Shown here: in pieces, positions 15,537 to 27,787 of the stretch
Numbering within the stretch: the first letter of the stretch is position 1
Layout of the letters: each line of letters starts with the position of its first letter
Source: Rhodospirillaceae bacterium
Lineage (GTDB): Bacteria > Pseudomonadota > Alphaproteobacteria > UBA8366 > Aestuariispiraceae
Direction: 5' to 3'
NCBI GenBank assembly: GCA_002709955.1
Contig: PAQY01000018.1
Span: 13,508 to 77,507, forward strand
Length of the DNA stretch: 64,000 nt
Made by a program: the position numbers and the translations under genes
The notes under the pieces: generated by a model
Told to the model about the DNA's origin: nothing
The model's database searches: none
Seen by the model: only the letters and a program-made list of their open reading frames with translations

Positions 15537-16112
15537 ATGTATCTCTTGATCGATAACTATGACAGCTTCACCTATAACCTGGTCCATTTTTTGGGGGATT
15601 TGGGGGCGGAATGTGTGGTTCATCGCAATGACAGAATTGATGTTGAAACGGCGATGAGCCTGAAACCGCAAGGCATTGTCATTTCACCCGGTCCCTGCGA
15701 CCCGCCAAAGGCTGGCATCTGTCTGGACCTGATCAAGGCTGCGGCAGAAAATAATGTGCCCCTGATGGGGGTCTGTCTGGGGCATCAATCCATCGGATAT
15801 GCCTATGGGGCAACGGTTGAGCGCGGCCCTGCGCCCATGCATGGCAAGGTCTCTGAAGTCTCACATACCGGGCAAGGTTTGTTTGAAGGTCTGCCGGATC
15901 GGCTGAAGGCGACGCGCTATCATAGTCTGGTGGTGGCGGAACGGGATCTGCCGGACTGTTTCACCGTGACCGCGCGCACCGATGATGGCGTGATCATGGG
16001 CATGGAGCATAAAACCTATCCATTGCACGGCGTGCAATTTCATCCAGAAAGCATAGCGTCGGAACATGGTCATGAAATCTTGGCCAATTTCTTAAAAAGA
16101 ACGCGGAATTAG
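15537..16112 (+). CDS. trpG: Anthranilate synthase component II
   Basis: IDNYDSFTYN, GVCLGHQ and QFHPES motifs. Confidence 0.95.
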   Translation: MYLLIDNYDSFTYNLVHFLGDLGAECVVHRNDRIDVETAMSLKPQGIVISPGPCDPPKAGICLDLIKAAAENNVPLMGVCLGHQSIGYAYGATVERGPAPMHGKVSEVSHTGQGLFEGLPDRLKATRYHSLVVAERDLPDCFTVTARTDDGVIMGMEHKTYPLHGVQFHPESIASEHGHEILANFLKRTRN

Positions 16113-16123
16113 GGGGATTTGGC

Positions 16124-17173
16124 ATGGCAGCCGACCTGCAGGATATGAAACAACTGATCGGGAAAGTCGTTGGCGGCGAAACCCTGAGCGTGCCAGAGGC
16201 GGAACGCGCCTTCGATATCATCATGTCCGGCGATGCGACCCCGTCCCAGATGGGCGGATTCCTGGCAGCCCTGCGCCTGCGCGGTGAAACTGTGGAGGAA
16301 ATCACCGGAGCGGCACGGACGATGCGCGCCAAGGTGTCCCGCATTTATGCACCAGACAATGCCATGGATATTGTTGGGACCGGCGGTGACAAGCTGGGAA
16401 CCCTGAATGTATCGACTGCCGCCGCCCTGGTTGTCGCGGGCTGTGGTGTGCCCATCGCCAAACACGGCAATCGCGCGGCGTCGTCCAGGTCCGGCACGGC
16501 GGATGCGTTGGGACAGTTGGGGGTCGATCTGGATTGTCCCTTCCCCAATATCGAACGATCCATCAAAGAAGCCGGCATCGGCTTTATGATCGCACCACGC
16601 CACCATGGGGCGATGCGCAATGTCATGCCAACCCGGGTGGAGCTGGGCGTTCCCACAATTTTCAATATTTTGGGACCCCTATCCAATCCGGCCTTGGTGA
16701 AGCGCTATCTGATTGGCTGTTTCCGCCCTGAATTCATCGAGAAAATGGCAGAAACCCTGGGCGATCTGGGGGCAGAGCGCGCCTGGGTCGTGCATGGGCA
16801 CAGCGGCATGGATGAAATCAGCACGACCGGGCCAACCCGTGTCGCATCGTTGGAGAATGGCACGGTTACCACATTTGAAATCTCCCCGGCTGACATTGGT
16901 CTGCCTGTTGCCGATTTGACGGATCTGCTGGGCGGTACACCAGAGTTCAATGCCAAAGCCATCATGGCGCTGCTGGACGGGACGCCGTCTGCCTATCGTG
17001 ATATTGTGGTATTCAATGCTGCGGCCGCGCTGTTGATTGCGGGGAAGGCGGCAGACCTGAAAGACGGTGCCAAACAAGCGGGCGACAGCATCGATTCAGG
17101 CCGCGCGAAACAGACGCTAACCACATTGGTGGCCATCACCAATGACTATCCAAAAGAGGGAAAAGCCGGATGA
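16124..17173 (+). CDS. trpD: Anthranilate phosphoribosyltransferase
   Basis: [13 protein letters not shown] and FNILGPL motifs. Confidence 0.97.
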   Translation: MAADLQDMKQLIGKVVGGETLSVPEAERAFDIIMSGDATPSQMGGFLAALRLRGETVEEITGAARTMRAKVSRIYAPDNAMDIVGTGGDKLGTLNVSTAAALVVAGCGVPIAKHGNRAASSRSGTADALGQLGVDLDCPFPNIERSIKEAGIGFMIAPRHHGAMRNVMPTRVELGVPTIFNILGPLSNPALVKRYLIGCFRPEFIEKMAETLGDLGAERAWVVHGHSGMDEISTTGPTRVASLENGTVTTFEISPADIGLPVADLTDLLGGTPEFNAKAIMALLDGTPSAYRDIVVFNAAAALLIAGKAADLKDGAKQAGDSIDSGRAKQTLTTLVAITNDYPKEGKAG

Positions 17174-17973
17174 GCGACGTCCTGGCCAAAATCTGTGCTG
17201 ATAAGCGCAACCATATCAAGGCCTGCAAGAAAACTGTGCCGGAATCGGATATTCGGGCCCAGGCTGAAACCGCCCCTGCCCCGCGTGGCTTTGCCGATGC
17301 ATTGAGCAGAAAGGTCGCGGCGGGTGACTATGCGCTGATTGCTGAAATTAAGAAGGCCTCCCCGTCCAAAGGGTTGATTCGAGCCGATTTTGCGCCAGCC
17401 GCCCTGGCCAGGGCCTATCAGAAAGGCGGCGCGGCCTGTCTGTCCATCCTGACGGATGAGCCTTATTTCCAGGGCAAGGATCAATATCTCAGTGCGGCCC
17501 GCATGGCCGTGACCCTGCCGGTTCTGCGCAAGGACTTCATGCTGGACCCCTATCAGGTTTATGAGGCCCGCGCCCTGGGGGCGGATTGCATCCTGCTGAT
17601 TATGGCGGCCCTGACGGACAAGGTTGCGATTGAGTTGGAAACCCTGGCCCATGAACTGGGTATGGATGTCCTGATCGAAGTCCATAATGAGGAAGAAATG
17701 CAGCGTGCCTTGCAGTTAAAGTCCCCTCTTATCGGCATAAATAATCGCAATCTCAAAACCTTAGAGGTTGATCTTAAGGTTACTGAGGAACTGTCAAAAA
17801 TGGTGCCAAAGGACAAGGTACTTGTGGCCGAAAGCGGTCTGTATGGGCCTGCAGATCTGGCGCGGATGGAGAAAGTCGGCGCGATGCGTTTCCTTGTTGG
17901 CGAATCCCTAATGCGTCAGGAAGATGTGACCGCTGCCACGCAGGCCCTTTTGACCCGGGCACAGGCGGCCTGA
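17170..17973 (+). CDS. trpC: Indole-3-glycerol phosphate synthase
   Basis: [17 protein letters not shown] and GINNRNL motifs. Confidence 0.97.
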   Translation: MSDVLAKICADKRNHIKACKKTVPESDIRAQAETAPAPRGFADALSRKVAAGDYALIAEIKKASPSKGLIRADFAPAALARAYQKGGAACLSILTDEPYFQGKDQYLSAARMAVTLPVLRKDFMLDPYQVYEARALGADCILLIMAALTDKVAIELETLAHELGMDVLIEVHNEEEMQRALQLKSPLIGINNRNLKTLEVDLKVTEELSKMVPKDKVLVAESGLYGPADLARMEKVGAMRFLVGESLMRQEDVTAATQALLTRAQAA

Positions 17974-17976
17974 CCC

Positions 17977-18465
17977 ATGGCGGAACTGACCCATTTTGAC
18001 GCGAACGGCAATGCGGTGATGGTCGATGTCTCCGACAAGGGGGAGACGGAACGCACCGCAACGGCCCGTGGTTTGGTGCGTATGACGCCAGAAACCCTGG
18101 CGACAATCAAAGAAGGCCGCGTAAAAAAGGGTGACCCCCTGACGGTCGCGCAATTGGCCGGCATTATGGGGGCAAAGCGCACGCCGGACTTAATCCCGCT
18201 ATGTCATCCCCTGGCCCTGACATCGGTAAAGGTCTTCCTGAGCCTGGATGAGGAGAGTTCTGCGGTCAGGATTGAAGCGACGGCCAAGCTGAAAGGCCGA
18301 ACCGGTGTCGAGATGGAAGCCCTGACTGCGGTTTCCGTGGCGGCACTGACCGTCTATGACATGGTGAAGGCCATCGATAAATCGATGCAGATTACCGATA
18401 TCCATCTGGTCCATAAAGCGGGCGGCAAATCAGGGGAATATCGGGTTGCGGAGACAAATTCCTGA
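17977..18465 (+). CDS. moaC: Cyclic pyranopterin monophosphate synthase
   Basis: LIPLCH and TGVEMEAL motifs. Confidence 0.97.
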   Translation: MAELTHFDANGNAVMVDVSDKGETERTATARGLVRMTPETLATIKEGRVKKGDPLTVAQLAGIMGAKRTPDLIPLCHPLALTSVKVFLSLDEESSAVRIEATAKLKGRTGVEMEALTAVSVAALTVYDMVKAIDKSMQITDIHLVHKAGGKSGEYRVAETNS

Positions 18466-19685
18466 TGATTTCTGTTGCTGAGGCCCGTGAACGCATTCGG
18501 TCAGCCCTGACGCCGGTTGGGATTGAAACCGTATCGCTGGATCAGGCACTCGGCCGGGTCACGGCCACCCCTTTGCTGGCGCGCCGCACACAGCCGCCAA
18601 AGGATGTATCTGCCATGGATGGCTATGCCGTGCGCGGTGCGGATGTCCAGACGGTGCCGGTCACCCTGACAGTCGTTGCGGAGGTTGCAGCAGGCGCATC
18701 TTATGAGACAGAGGTGCCTGCGGGTCATTGTGTGCGGATTTTTACCGGTGCCCCCCTGCCCGTCGGGACCGATACGATCGTCATTCAGGAAGACGCGGAT
18801 GCGGACGAACAGACCGGCACGGTTACCATCCGGGAATGCGCGCGCACCGGCACCTATGTGCGCAAGGCCGGTTTGGATTTTGCCGAAGGCGATGAATTAA
18901 TCCCCGCAGGCTATCGCCTGACCGCGCGGGATATTGGCACAATCGCCGGAATGAATATTCCCTGGCTGTCGGTATATCGAAAACCCCGCATCGCGATCCT
19001 GTCCACAGGCAATGAAATTGCCATGCCTGGCGATCCGCTGGGGCCCAATCAGATTGTCAGTTCCAATGGGCCCGCCCTGGCGGCCGCGATTACCGCAGCG
19101 GGGGGCGTGCCAACGCTGCTGCCCATTGCGGCGGATGACCCGGACGCGCTGAAAGCCCTGGCGCATCATGCTGCGGGCCATGACCTGTTGTTGACGACGG
19201 GCGGCGCGTCGGTCGGCAAGCATGATCTGGTCGGCAGTGTGTTGCAGGATGTCGGCCTGAAACTGGATTTCTGGAAAATTGCCATGCGACCGGGCAAGCC
19301 CCTGATGTTTGGCCTGTTAAACGACATGCCGATGTTGGGGTTACCGGGCAATCCGGTTTCTGCGCTGGTCTGCTTTCTGTTGTTTGGACAGTCTGCCCTG
19401 GCGCGCCTTGGCGGCTTGTCGGATACAGACCCGGTATTCGAAACAGCACGCCTGGGCACTAACCTTGCTCAGAATGATCAGCGGGAAGACTATATGCGCG
19501 CTACCCTGCGCCGCGATTCGGATGGTTTTCTGGTCGCAGAGCCGTTTCAGCGTCAGGACAGTTCCATGATGCGGCGTCTGGCGGCAGCAGACTGCCTGGT
19601 TCGGCGCCTACCGCATGCCCCAGCCGCAGTTGCGGGGCAACCTGTTGAAATCATGCTGTTTTCTGGCGGGTATTTGAGCTTTTAG
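18465..19685 (+). CDS. moeA: Molybdopterin molybdenumtransferase
   Basis: SAMDGYAV, IFTGAP and GLPGNPVS motifs. Confidence 0.96.
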   Translation: MISVAEARERIRSALTPVGIETVSLDQALGRVTATPLLARRTQPPKDVSAMDGYAVRGADVQTVPVTLTVVAEVAAGASYETEVPAGHCVRIFTGAPLPVGTDTIVIQEDADADEQTGTVTIRECARTGTYVRKAGLDFAEGDELIPAGYRLTARDIGTIAGMNIPWLSVYRKPRIAILSTGNEIAMPGDPLGPNQIVSSNGPALAAAITAAGGVPTLLPIAADDPDALKALAHHAAGHDLLLTTGGASVGKHDLVGSVLQDVGLKLDFWKIAMRPGKPLMFGLLNDMPMLGLPGNPVSALVCFLLFGQSALARLGGLSDTDPVFETARLGTNLAQNDQREDYMRATLRRDSDGFLVAEPFQRQDSSMMRRLAAADCLVRRLPHAPAAVAGQPVEIMLFSGGYLSF

Positions 19686-19731
19686 GGGAACATATACCCG
19701 CTAAAGAGAACATTTGTTCTAATTTTACCCC

Positions 19732-19760
19732 TTGACACAGAGCGCGAACAAAATTAGTCC
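19732..19760 (+). promoter_or_regulatory. Putative sigma70 promoter of lexA
   Basis: TTGACA-N17-TAGTCC. Confidence 0.5.
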
Positions 19761-19801
19761 ATAGACCAGTCAATCACGGTCAGAGCGCCGCTGCGCCCCA
19801 T

Positions 19802-19816
19802 GAACAGGAGAAGAAC
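19802..19816 (+). promoter_or_regulatory. Alphaproteobacterial LexA box overlapping the lexA RBS
   Basis: GAAC-AGGAGAA-GAAC (GAAC-N7-GAAC). Confidence 0.85.
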
Positions 19817-19819
19817 AAG

Positions 19820-20515
19820 ATGTTGACCCGGAAACAATATGAACTCCTGATGTTCATTCATGACAAGCTTCAGGATTCGGGGGTATCCCCTTCTTTTGAG
19901 GAAATGAAAGAAGCATTGGACCTGAAGTCAAAGTCTGGGATTCACCGCCTGATCACGGGGCTGGAAGAGCGCGGGTTCCTGCGACGCCTGCCCAACCGCG
20001 CCCGGGCCCTGGAAGTTGTGCGCCTGCCAGAAAATTCGACGCCGGAGCAATTGCCGATCCGCAATCGCCGCGTCGAAATGCTGCGCCAGAAGGAAATTGG
20101 CAGCAAACGGTCCATGATGCGTGGCGGCGGAAACACCGTTCAACTGTCCCTGTATGGCCGGATCGCCGCCGGAACGCCGATTGAGGCGCTGCGCGATCAT
20201 TCCATGCTGGTTGATGTGCCCGCCACCCTGTTGGGGCGCGGCGATCACTATGCGCTGGAGGTCGAGGGGGATTCGATGATCGATGCCGGAATCCTGGACG
20301 GGGATACTGTAATCATTGAGCGCACGGAACATGCCAGCAATGGCGATATCGTCGTTGCCTTGGTTGAAGGGATGGAAGTCACCCTGAAACGCCTGCGCCG
20401 CAAGGGGGAAAGTGTTGCCCTGGAACCCGCCAACCAGAATTACGAAACCCGTATTTATCGCCCGGATCAGGTAAATGTTCAGGGCCGGCTGGTCGGTTTG
20501 TTGCGGAAATATTAA
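19820..20515 (+). CDS. lexA: SOS repressor LexA
   Basis: PSFEEM wHTH, IAAG cleavage site, GDSM and VTLKR catalytic motifs. Confidence 0.98.
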   Translation: MLTRKQYELLMFIHDKLQDSGVSPSFEEMKEALDLKSKSGIHRLITGLEERGFLRRLPNRARALEVVRLPENSTPEQLPIRNRRVEMLRQKEIGSKRSMMRGGGNTVQLSLYGRIAAGTPIEALRDHSMLVDVPATLLGRGDHYALEVEGDSMIDAGILDGDTVIIERTEHASNGDIVVALVEGMEVTLKRLRRKGESVALEPANQNYETRIYRPDQVNVQGRLVGLLRKY

Positions 20516-22701
20516 TCCACAAACTGTTGGCTGATTAATCCGGATTTGGTCCAGGGTCTGTGTCCCCGGGCGGCCTCTACCGTTTTTATGGCAACATGTG
20601 GCTTGCCGTCATAGATCACATGCACGCCTTCGCGGTATAGGTCAGCCGGGGTAATCGCCGCACGTTCCCGGCACAGGCTGGGATGGGGAACAATGGGCAG
20701 CCGCGTCACATCGGCCTGTAGGCAATCTTCGGCAACCGCCCTTGGGTCCTGTGTGAAGGCAAACACCCCTGCCCGACCGTCTGAGAGGGAAATGTATAGG
20801 CTGCATCCCAAAGGGTCGCATTTCAGGGGCGTTTCCCTTAAGGTCATCAGGTCCTGCCAATCGCCCCCCAATGGCAGCGCCGTCTTTTCCTGCCATACGG
20901 ACAGGGTGAATTTATCGCGCCGTGTGGATTCAACCCACAATCTGCCCTGCCAGACAATGCCCGCCTGATCCGTGGTTTCATGGAACAGCACCAAGGGCAT
21001 GGGCTGTGACAGGGGGGAGGCCAGCCCGACAATCACGAAAGGCACCCCCAGATATCGCCATCGTTGCCGCCAGATTGCAGCCCATAACCCGCCCAAAGTG
21101 ACGCAGGCCAGCCCCCAGCCGGTCATGGGCGGCAAGTGTCCGGTGGCACCGGGGAGTGTCGCGACCCAATGGGCAATGGTCAGCACCGCCCCAATCCCCC
21201 ATCCCGCCGCCGCTAGAGGCCATGCTTCCAGTCCGAAGGGCATCACCAACAGACTCAGCAACCCCATTGGCATGACCCAAAAGGTGACGATTGGCACGGC
21301 AATGAGATTGGCCAGGACCGAATAATGCGCAATCCGGCCAAAATGATGGATCGCAAACGGGGCCGTTGCCGCCCCCGCGATCACCGTGGTCAGGCACACC
21401 GCCGCCATATAGAAGATGAATTTTCTGCCCCATCCGCGCGCCCCATCCTGTTTCCCACCCCCAAATCGATAGCTTTCATAAACTGCGACCAGGGCGATCA
21501 CGGCGGCAAAGGACAATTGGAAGCTGGGGCCGCTCAGGCCCTGTGGCGCGATCAACAGCACGACCATGGCGGCAAAGGCAACCAATCGCATGGAAATCGC
21601 CTGTCGATCGGTTAAGATCGCCACCAGAACCAGTCCGGTCATCAGAAAGGCCCGTTGGGTCGGAACCGTCGCGCCAGAAAGCAAAAGATAGCCAAAGGAT
21701 TCGACCAAGGCCCCGAATGCTGCCCATTTTTTAATCGGGAGATCCCGTGCCCAGGATTCCCGCAGGGCAAAAAGGAACCGCAGGGTCGCGAAAACGATCA
21801 GCGCGATCATGCCGATATGCAGTCCTGAAATGGCCAGCAAATGGGCCAGGCCTGACTGGCGCAGGTCTTCCAGAACTGGTTCCGGCACGGCGGCGCGATC
21901 CCCGGTCAACAGGGCGGCCATGACCCCGCCCCGTATGCCAGGCAGCGCAGCCTGCAACCCGGCGGAAACATTCATCCTGGTTTGCTGTATCGCGATATGG
22001 GCAATTTCCGAGACATCTGGTTCTGAAAGGCGCGGAACTTTTTCCCAATCCGACAGGCTGAACCCAACAGCCCCCAATCGATCAAACCAGGCCACACGGG
22101 CGAAATCATAGGCACCTGGATAAGATGGTCTGGGCGGCGGCGACAGTCGGGCCATCAGGCGGACCCGATCCCCAATTTCAGGATACGCCCCGGCCCGAAG
22201 CTTGATGCGCACCACATCCGGCGATGGATTACGCCGCCCACGCCAGCCAAAGTCCAGGTCCTGCAACCGAATGCGGGCACCATCGGGGAATGTCTCCACA
22301 GCGGTGACACGACCGCTCATCCCCGGAAAGACCTGCGCGCGCTCCAGAACTGGGGCGGCCACGGATTGTGTTTTCCATACGCTATAGGTCAGCCCGAATA
22401 GGGCAAACAGCAGCAGGATCAGAATTCCAGAAAGGCGCGGTGCCCCCATCCAATGCGCGACGCCCGTCATCAGGCCCGCCAGAACGCTGCAGAGCATAAG
22501 GGGCAAAAGGGGTGGCTCTATGGGCAAGGAGAAGTATGCGGCAATGCCAACTCCAAAGAAAACCGGGCACCACAAAGCCCACCGATCCCGCTCCCCTGCC
22601 AGAGTTGCAGCAAGGGCGTTCTGCCAGAAACGAGCGGAAAGGGTTTTATCCCGCCGCATAAACGACGCTGCGTTTTGGCCTTTGAAATGACCGCTGTTCA
22701 T
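20512..22701 (-). CDS. comEC: ComEC/Rec2 competence channel (start uncertain)
   Basis: [13 protein letters not shown] and SFQLSF motifs. Confidence 0.92.
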   Translation of the reverse strand: MNSGHFKGQNAASFMRRDKTLSARFWQNALAATLAGERDRWALWCPVFFGVGIAAYFSLPIEPPLLPLMLCSVLAGLMTGVAHWMGAPRLSGILILLLFALFGLTYSVWKTQSVAAPVLERAQVFPGMSGRVTAVETFPDGARIRLQDLDFGWRGRRNPSPDVVRIKLRAGAYPEIGDRVRLMARLSPPPRPSYPGAYDFARVAWFDRLGAVGFSLSDWEKVPRLSEPDVSEIAHIAIQQTRMNVSAGLQAALPGIRGGVMAALLTGDRAAVPEPVLEDLRQSGLAHLLAISGLHIGMIALIVFATLRFLFALRESWARDLPIKKWAAFGALVESFGYLLLSGATVPTQRAFLMTGLVLVAILTDRQAISMRLVAFAAMVVLLIAPQGLSGPSFQLSFAAVIALVAVYESYRFGGGKQDGARGWGRKFIFYMAAVCLTTVIAGAATAPFAIHHFGRIAHYSVLANLIAVPIVTFWVMPMGLLSLLVMPFGLEAWPLAAAGWGIGAVLTIAHWVATLPGATGHLPPMTGWGLACVTLGGLWAAIWRQRWRYLGVPFVIVGLASPLSQPMPLVLFHETTDQAGIVWQGRLWVESTRRDKFTLSVWQEKTALPLGGDWQDLMTLRETPLKCDPLGCSLYISLSDGRAGVFAFTQDPRAVAEDCLQADVTRLPIVPHPSLCRERAAITPADLYREGVHVIYDGKPHVAIKTVEAARGHRPWTKSGLISQQFVD

Positions 22702-22841
22702 GGTGTCCCCCCGCCAGAATGCCACCATAGAGCGATAGATCATGGCTGGCGAGATACTTTTCCAGGCTTTGCCCAACGGGTGGCTGCTGTGCTAAAGGAC
22801 ACACGCATTTGCTATATCACGATCTCATTTTAGGAGTGACC

Positions 22842-24245
22842 ATGACTGTTGTTACGCGCTTTGCCCCCTCTCCGACCGGGTTTCTGCATATTGGCGGCGC
22901 GCGCACGGCCTTGTTCAACTATTTATATGCCCGGCATCATGGCGGCCAATACAAGCTGCGCATTGAAGATACCGATCAGAAACGATCCAGCCAGGAAGCG
23001 ATAGACGCGATCAAGGACGGCCTGTCGTGGCTTGGCCTGGAAGGCGATGGCGACATTCTGATGCAATCCAGCCAGGCCGCGCGCCATGCCCAGGTTGCGC
23101 GTGATCTGTTGGCTAAAGGACATGCCTATTATTGTTATTGCACACCAGATGAACTGGTCGCGATGCGCGAGAGAATGAAGGACGAAGGCCGCAAAACGCC
23201 CTATGACGGGACCTGGCGGGACCGGGACCCGGCGACGGCACCGGCGGGCGTTGATCCGGTAATCCGCATCAAAATGCCCCGCGATGGTGGCAGCACGACC
23301 ATCCATGACCTGGTTCAGGGTGATGTGACGATTGAAAATGATCAGTTGGATGATTTCATCCTGCTGCGGGGCGATGGCACGCCGACCTATATGCTGTCTG
23401 TTGTCGTGGATGATCACGATATGGGGGTGACCCATGTGATCCGGGGGGATGACCATCTGGTCAATGCCTTCCGCCAGCATCACCTGTTCGTTGCAGCGGG
23501 TTGGGACGTTCCAGCCTTTGCCCATATCCCCCTGATCCATGGCCCGGATGGGGCGAAGCTGTCCAAGCGGCATGGCGCTTTGGGGGTGGAGCAGTATCGG
23601 GAAATGGGCTATCTGCCGGAGACCCTGAAGAATTATCTGCTGCGCCTGGGTTGGTCCCATGGCGACGAGGAAATCATCTCCGAAGAACAGGCAATTGCCT
23701 GGTTTGATATGGATTCTGTGGGGCGGTCCCCGTCCCGCATGGATTTTCAGCGTATGCAGAATTTGAATGCGCATTATCTGCGACAGGCCGATCCTGTGCG
23801 ATTGGCCAAAATGATCGCACCCGCCCTGGATGTCGCCGATAATGCGGACATGATTGAACGCCTGGCCGCCGGTATGCCTGGCCTGACACAGCGGGCCAGC
23901 ACCCTGCCCGAATTGGCCGATGCGGCGCGATTTTATGTTCAACGCCCCCGCTTCCCCTTGGAAAATCCGAAGGCGGCAAAACTGGTTTCGGGCGATGGCC
24001 CGGCAATCGCCAAGGATTTTGCCGATCAGGTCCTGTCCACCCTGTCGCCCTGGACAACAGAGTCCCTGCATGATGCGATGCAGGCCTATTGCGACGCGAA
24101 AGGCCTTGGTTTTGGCAAGGTTGCCCAACCGATCCGGGGGGCTGTGACAGGCAGCAATGCCTCTCCTGACCTAATGGAAGTGCTGTTTGTCCTGGGACGT
24201 GATGAATGTTTGGCCCGGATTGCTGCGGTTCCAGTAGAGTCATAA
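22842..24245 (+). CDS. gltX: Glutamate--tRNA ligase
   Basis: RFAPSPTG, HIGG and KLSKR motifs. Confidence 0.97.
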   Translation: MTVVTRFAPSPTGFLHIGGARTALFNYLYARHHGGQYKLRIEDTDQKRSSQEAIDAIKDGLSWLGLEGDGDILMQSSQAARHAQVARDLLAKGHAYYCYCTPDELVAMRERMKDEGRKTPYDGTWRDRDPATAPAGVDPVIRIKMPRDGGSTTIHDLVQGDVTIENDQLDDFILLRGDGTPTYMLSVVVDDHDMGVTHVIRGDDHLVNAFRQHHLFVAAGWDVPAFAHIPLIHGPDGAKLSKRHGALGVEQYREMGYLPETLKNYLLRLGWSHGDEEIISEEQAIAWFDMDSVGRSPSRMDFQRMQNLNAHYLRQADPVRLAKMIAPALDVADNADMIERLAAGMPGLTQRASTLPELADAARFYVQRPRFPLENPKAAKLVSGDGPAIAKDFADQVLSTLSPWTTESLHDAMQAYCDAKGLGFGKVAQPIRGAVTGSNASPDLMEVLFVLGRDECLARIAAVPVES

Positions 24246-24398
24246 ATCTGTAGGCAACTTCGCCATATTGTGCGCTGCGTCATTACCTTGTAGTGTTCCG
24301 CACCAAAGCGACGATAATGCTCATTTATAGCCCTGCCCTATCCTGATGGGGCCAACGGCAATACAGATTGGGCACATTGATAATTAGGAGGTTCCAGC

Positions 24399-25700
24399 AT
24401 GAGCGATAAAAAACAGCATACAATGACCCTGACCGATAATGCGACGGGCAAGAGCTGGGAATTGCCTGTGATGAGCGGGTCTGTTGGCCCGAAAGTGATC
24501 GATATCAGAAAGCTTTATGGTCAGACCGGCTATTTCACCTATGATCCAGGCTTCACCTCTACCGCCTCTTGCGACAGCGCAATTACCTATATTGATGGCG
24601 ACGAAGGTGTTCTGCTGCACCGCGGCTATTCAATCGAAGATCTGGCGGAAAACTGTGAATTCATGGAAGTCTGCTATTTGCTGTTGCACGGCGAATTGCC
24701 CAATAAGAAAGAAAACGAGACGTTCAAGCACACCATCACCTATCACACGATGGTGCATGAACAATTGCTGTATTTCTATCGCGGTTTCCGACGCGATGCC
24801 CACCCGATGGCGATTATGGTCGGCGTGGTTGGTGCCTTAAGCGCGTTCTATCATGACTCCACGGATATCAACGATCCAGCACAGCGCATGATCGCCTCTC
24901 ACCGGCTGATCGCAAAAATGCCGACCATTGCGGCGATGGCGTATAAATATCCAATCGGCCAGCCGTTCATGTATCCCGATAACAGCCTGAGCTATACCGC
25001 GAATTTCATGCGCATGACCTTTGGCGTGCCTGCGGAAGAATATATCCTGTCCCCGGCTGTTGAACGGGCGATGGACCGCATTTTCATCCTGCATGCAGAC
25101 CATGAACAGAATGCGTCGACATCAACGGTGCGCATCGCAGGCTCTTCCGGGGCGAACCCCTTTGCCTGTATTTCTGCTGGTATCTCGTCCCTGTGGGGCC
25201 CGGCCCATGGCGGCGCAAACGAAGCCGTCTTGAACATGCTGGAACAGATTGGCGATGTGAAGAACATCCCCAAATTCATTGAGCGTGCCAAGGACAAGGA
25301 TGATCCGTTCCGCCTGATGGGCTTTGGTCACCGTGTCTATAAGAATTATGACCCGCGTGCGGGCGTTTTGAAAAAGAGCTGTGATGAAGTTCTGGCGGAA
25401 CTGGGTGTGAATGACCCGCTGTTGGAAATCGCTCAGGAATTGGAGCGTATCGCGCTGGAAGATGAGTATTTCGTCAGCCGCAAGCTGTTCCCGAATGTGG
25501 ATTTCTATTCAGGCATCATTCTGAAGGCAATCGGCTTCCCAACCAGCATGTTTACGGTTCTGTTCGCCCTGGCCCGCACCACTGGCTGGGTCGCCCAATG
25601 GAATGAAATGATCGCAGATCCGCATCAAAAGATCGGGCGTCCGCGTCAGTTGTTCCTGGGGTCGGACCGTCGCGACTTTATCGAAATAGATAAGCGTTAA
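24399..25700 (+). CDS. gltA: Citrate synthase
   Basis: [15 protein letters not shown] and PNVDFYSG motifs. Confidence 0.98.
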   Translation: MSDKKQHTMTLTDNATGKSWELPVMSGSVGPKVIDIRKLYGQTGYFTYDPGFTSTASCDSAITYIDGDEGVLLHRGYSIEDLAENCEFMEVCYLLLHGELPNKKENETFKHTITYHTMVHEQLLYFYRGFRRDAHPMAIMVGVVGALSAFYHDSTDINDPAQRMIASHRLIAKMPTIAAMAYKYPIGQPFMYPDNSLSYTANFMRMTFGVPAEEYILSPAVERAMDRIFILHADHEQNASTSTVRIAGSSGANPFACISAGISSLWGPAHGGANEAVLNMLEQIGDVKNIPKFIERAKDKDDPFRLMGFGHRVYKNYDPRAGVLKKSCDEVLAELGVNDPLLEIAQELERIALEDEYFVSRKLFPNVDFYSGIILKAIGFPTSMFTVLFALARTTGWVAQWNEMIADPHQKIGRPRQLFLGSDRRDFIEIDKR

Positions 25701-25722
25701 TACGCAATTATCTGACATTAAG

Positions 25723-25758
25723 AACGCGGCTCAACTTATTGTTGGGCCGCGTTTTTTA
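25723..25758. terminator. Intrinsic terminator between convergent gltA and lpxB
   Basis: AACGCGGCTCAAC-TTATT-GTTGGGCCGCGTT followed by a T-run. Confidence 0.8.
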
Positions 25759-26914
25759 TGGTCGGACTGGCAAGGACCATGCGGGCGGCCGCCACACTTG
25801 GCGCATCCTCTCCCGGTGGTTTCAACTGGTCCAGATACGGTGCCAGCAGTGCCGCCTGTTGCGTGCCAGACGGGCCGAAAAGGGCATCAATATCCTGGGC
25901 CAATTGTCCTGGCTGACAGTCGCTTTGAATGCGCTCTGGCACGATTTCGCGTTGCGCCAGAATGTTCAGCAAATGGGCATAGTTCGTTTTGATTAAGCGC
26001 CGCACCAGAAAATGGGTCAGTCCATTGATCTTATAGGCTATGACCGTTGGTACCCGCGCCAAGGCCAGCTCCAGGGCGACGGTACCAGAGGCCGCCAGTG
26101 CCGCATTTGACGCCGCCATGGCATCATATTTCTGTGTCTGGTCCTCCAGAACCGTCACAGTAACCGGCCAGCCTGCTATATGCGCCTTGATCGCTTGTGC
26201 CAGATGCGGCACGGCCGGGATAATCACATGCAAGCCTGGATGCTTCACCTGTGTTTTCGCGACAGCATCCTTAAACACGGGCAGTAATCGCTCCATTTCG
26301 CCGCGTCTGGAACCGGGCAGCACACACAGAACCGATGCATCCGGGGCAATGCCAAACCGTTGCCTGAATCCGGCACCATCCCCTTTGTCAGCGCCACTTT
26401 CCAGAATGGAGTGACCAACAAAATCTGCCTTCAGGTCAACGGCCTGAAAATAAGGGGGCTCAAACGGCAACAGGCACAGCAAGCGGTCGAACAAGGCCTT
26501 GAAGGCATGAACCCGCTTGGGCCGCCAGGCCCAGACCGTGGGCGCGACATAGTGGATTTTGGGCCATGTGGTGTCCCCACAGGCGCGCGCCAGGCGCTTG
26601 TTGAAGCCAGGCGCATCAATCGTCACCATGACATCTGGATCAAATTGGATCGCCGCCTCAGCCGCCTGGGCAATCCTGCGCTTTAGTTTCGGGATATGCG
26701 GCAGGATCTCAATCACCCCCATGATCGCCAGATCGGATAGGGGAAACAGGCTGTGCAACCCCTCCCGTTCCATTTCCGGTCCGCCAATCCCCTGCAGTTC
26801 AACACCATGGGGCGACAAGGCTTTCAGGGCGGCAATCAACCGCCCCCCCAGAATGTCACCGGAAACTTCCCCTGCGGAAATGAAAACCTTTAAGGGGCGC
26901 GACGGCATCGTCAC
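25736..26914 (-). CDS. lpxB: Lipid-A-disaccharide synthase
   Basis: SAGEVSGD, IDAPGF, HYVAP and PGSR motifs. Confidence 0.96.
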   Translation of the reverse strand: MTMPSRPLKVFISAGEVSGDILGGRLIAALKALSPHGVELQGIGGPEMEREGLHSLFPLSDLAIMGVIEILPHIPKLKRRIAQAAEAAIQFDPDVMVTIDAPGFNKRLARACGDTTWPKIHYVAPTVWAWRPKRVHAFKALFDRLLCLLPFEPPYFQAVDLKADFVGHSILESGADKGDGAGFRQRFGIAPDASVLCVLPGSRRGEMERLLPVFKDAVAKTQVKHPGLHVIIPAVPHLAQAIKAHIAGWPVTVTVLEDQTQKYDAMAASNAALAASGTVALELALARVPTVIAYKINGLTHFLVRRLIKTNYAHLLNILAQREIVPERIQSDCQPGQLAQDIDALFGPSGTQQAALLAPYLDQLKPPGEDAPSVAAARMVLASPTIKNAAQQ

Positions 26915-27762
26915 TGTGTGTCGTTCCCATCCGTCACGGCCAATAGAAACAGACCAGCAGCATCCGCGGCTGCGATCGTTTCGGCCTTGGACACCAACAG
27001 GCTGCGACCCGCCTGGATGACTACGCCGGAAAACCCTGCCCTGGCGGCGGCGCTGATTGTATTCGGACCAATGGTCGGCAAATCCGCGCGCTCTGTCTGT
27101 TGTCTTTTGCTCAGTTTGACCAGAACGGGTCCGGGTCCGCCTTCCCGTCCTGCGCGCTTTAAATGGCCACAGCGTTCAATCAGGGAATCCGTCCCTTCCG
27201 CTGCTTCGACACCCAGTATAACGCCATTCTGAACCACAACCGCCTGGCCGATATCCAGTCCAGCCATGGCATTCAGGACGGCGCAGCCCTTATCGATATC
27301 CGCCTGTACTTCTGATGGCACCGCAAGCGCGCCCAATTGTCCGGTTTCCGGCATGATATCATCCAGGATGGTGTGGATCGGATGAACGATCAGCCCCTCT
27401 TTCTCTTCCAGATAGGATATCACGGAGCGTAAAAGCCCGTCATCACCCAGTTTCATAAGGCTGCTGCCCACAATGGTCAGGGCCTTTTTATCTGGGCGCA
27501 GTTCAAACAGAGAGGGGCGATTAACCGCGCCAACAAAGACCAGATCACGAATGCCAAGACTGCGGACCAGATCGATGGAGGCCTGGGCGGCGCCCATACG
27601 AATAATGTGACAGGCATATTGGTCCTGATACAGGGTCGGGTCGGCCTGATCCTTCAAGATCAGGACCGTGACACCCACCCCCATGCTGCTGGCACGTTGA
27701 GCGACCTTTAGCGGCAGATCCCCGCGTCCCGCCACTATTCCCAGTTTTTCAAAGGGCACCAT
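26911..27762 (-). CDS. lpxI: UDP-2,3-diacylglucosamine pyrophosphatase LpxI
   Basis: DIGQAVVV, EAAEGTD and DLPTIGP motifs; between lpxA and lpxB. Confidence 0.92.
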   Translation of the reverse strand: MVPFEKLGIVAGRGDLPLKVAQRASSMGVGVTVLILKDQADPTLYQDQYACHIIRMGAAQASIDLVRSLGIRDLVFVGAVNRPSLFELRPDKKALTIVGSSLMKLGDDGLLRSVISYLEEKEGLIVHPIHTILDDIMPETGQLGALAVPSEVQADIDKGCAVLNAMAGLDIGQAVVVQNGVILGVEAAEGTDSLIERCGHLKRAGREGGPGPVLVKLSKRQQTERADLPTIGPNTISAAARAGFSGVVIQAGRSLLVSKAETIAAADAAGLFLLAVTDGNDTQ

Positions 27763-27787
27763 GGCGAAGTCCAATCCTGTTATTCGG

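Noticed and set aside
22923-24128. 401-aa antisense ORF
   Set aside because: Shadow of gltX with no motifs or RBS
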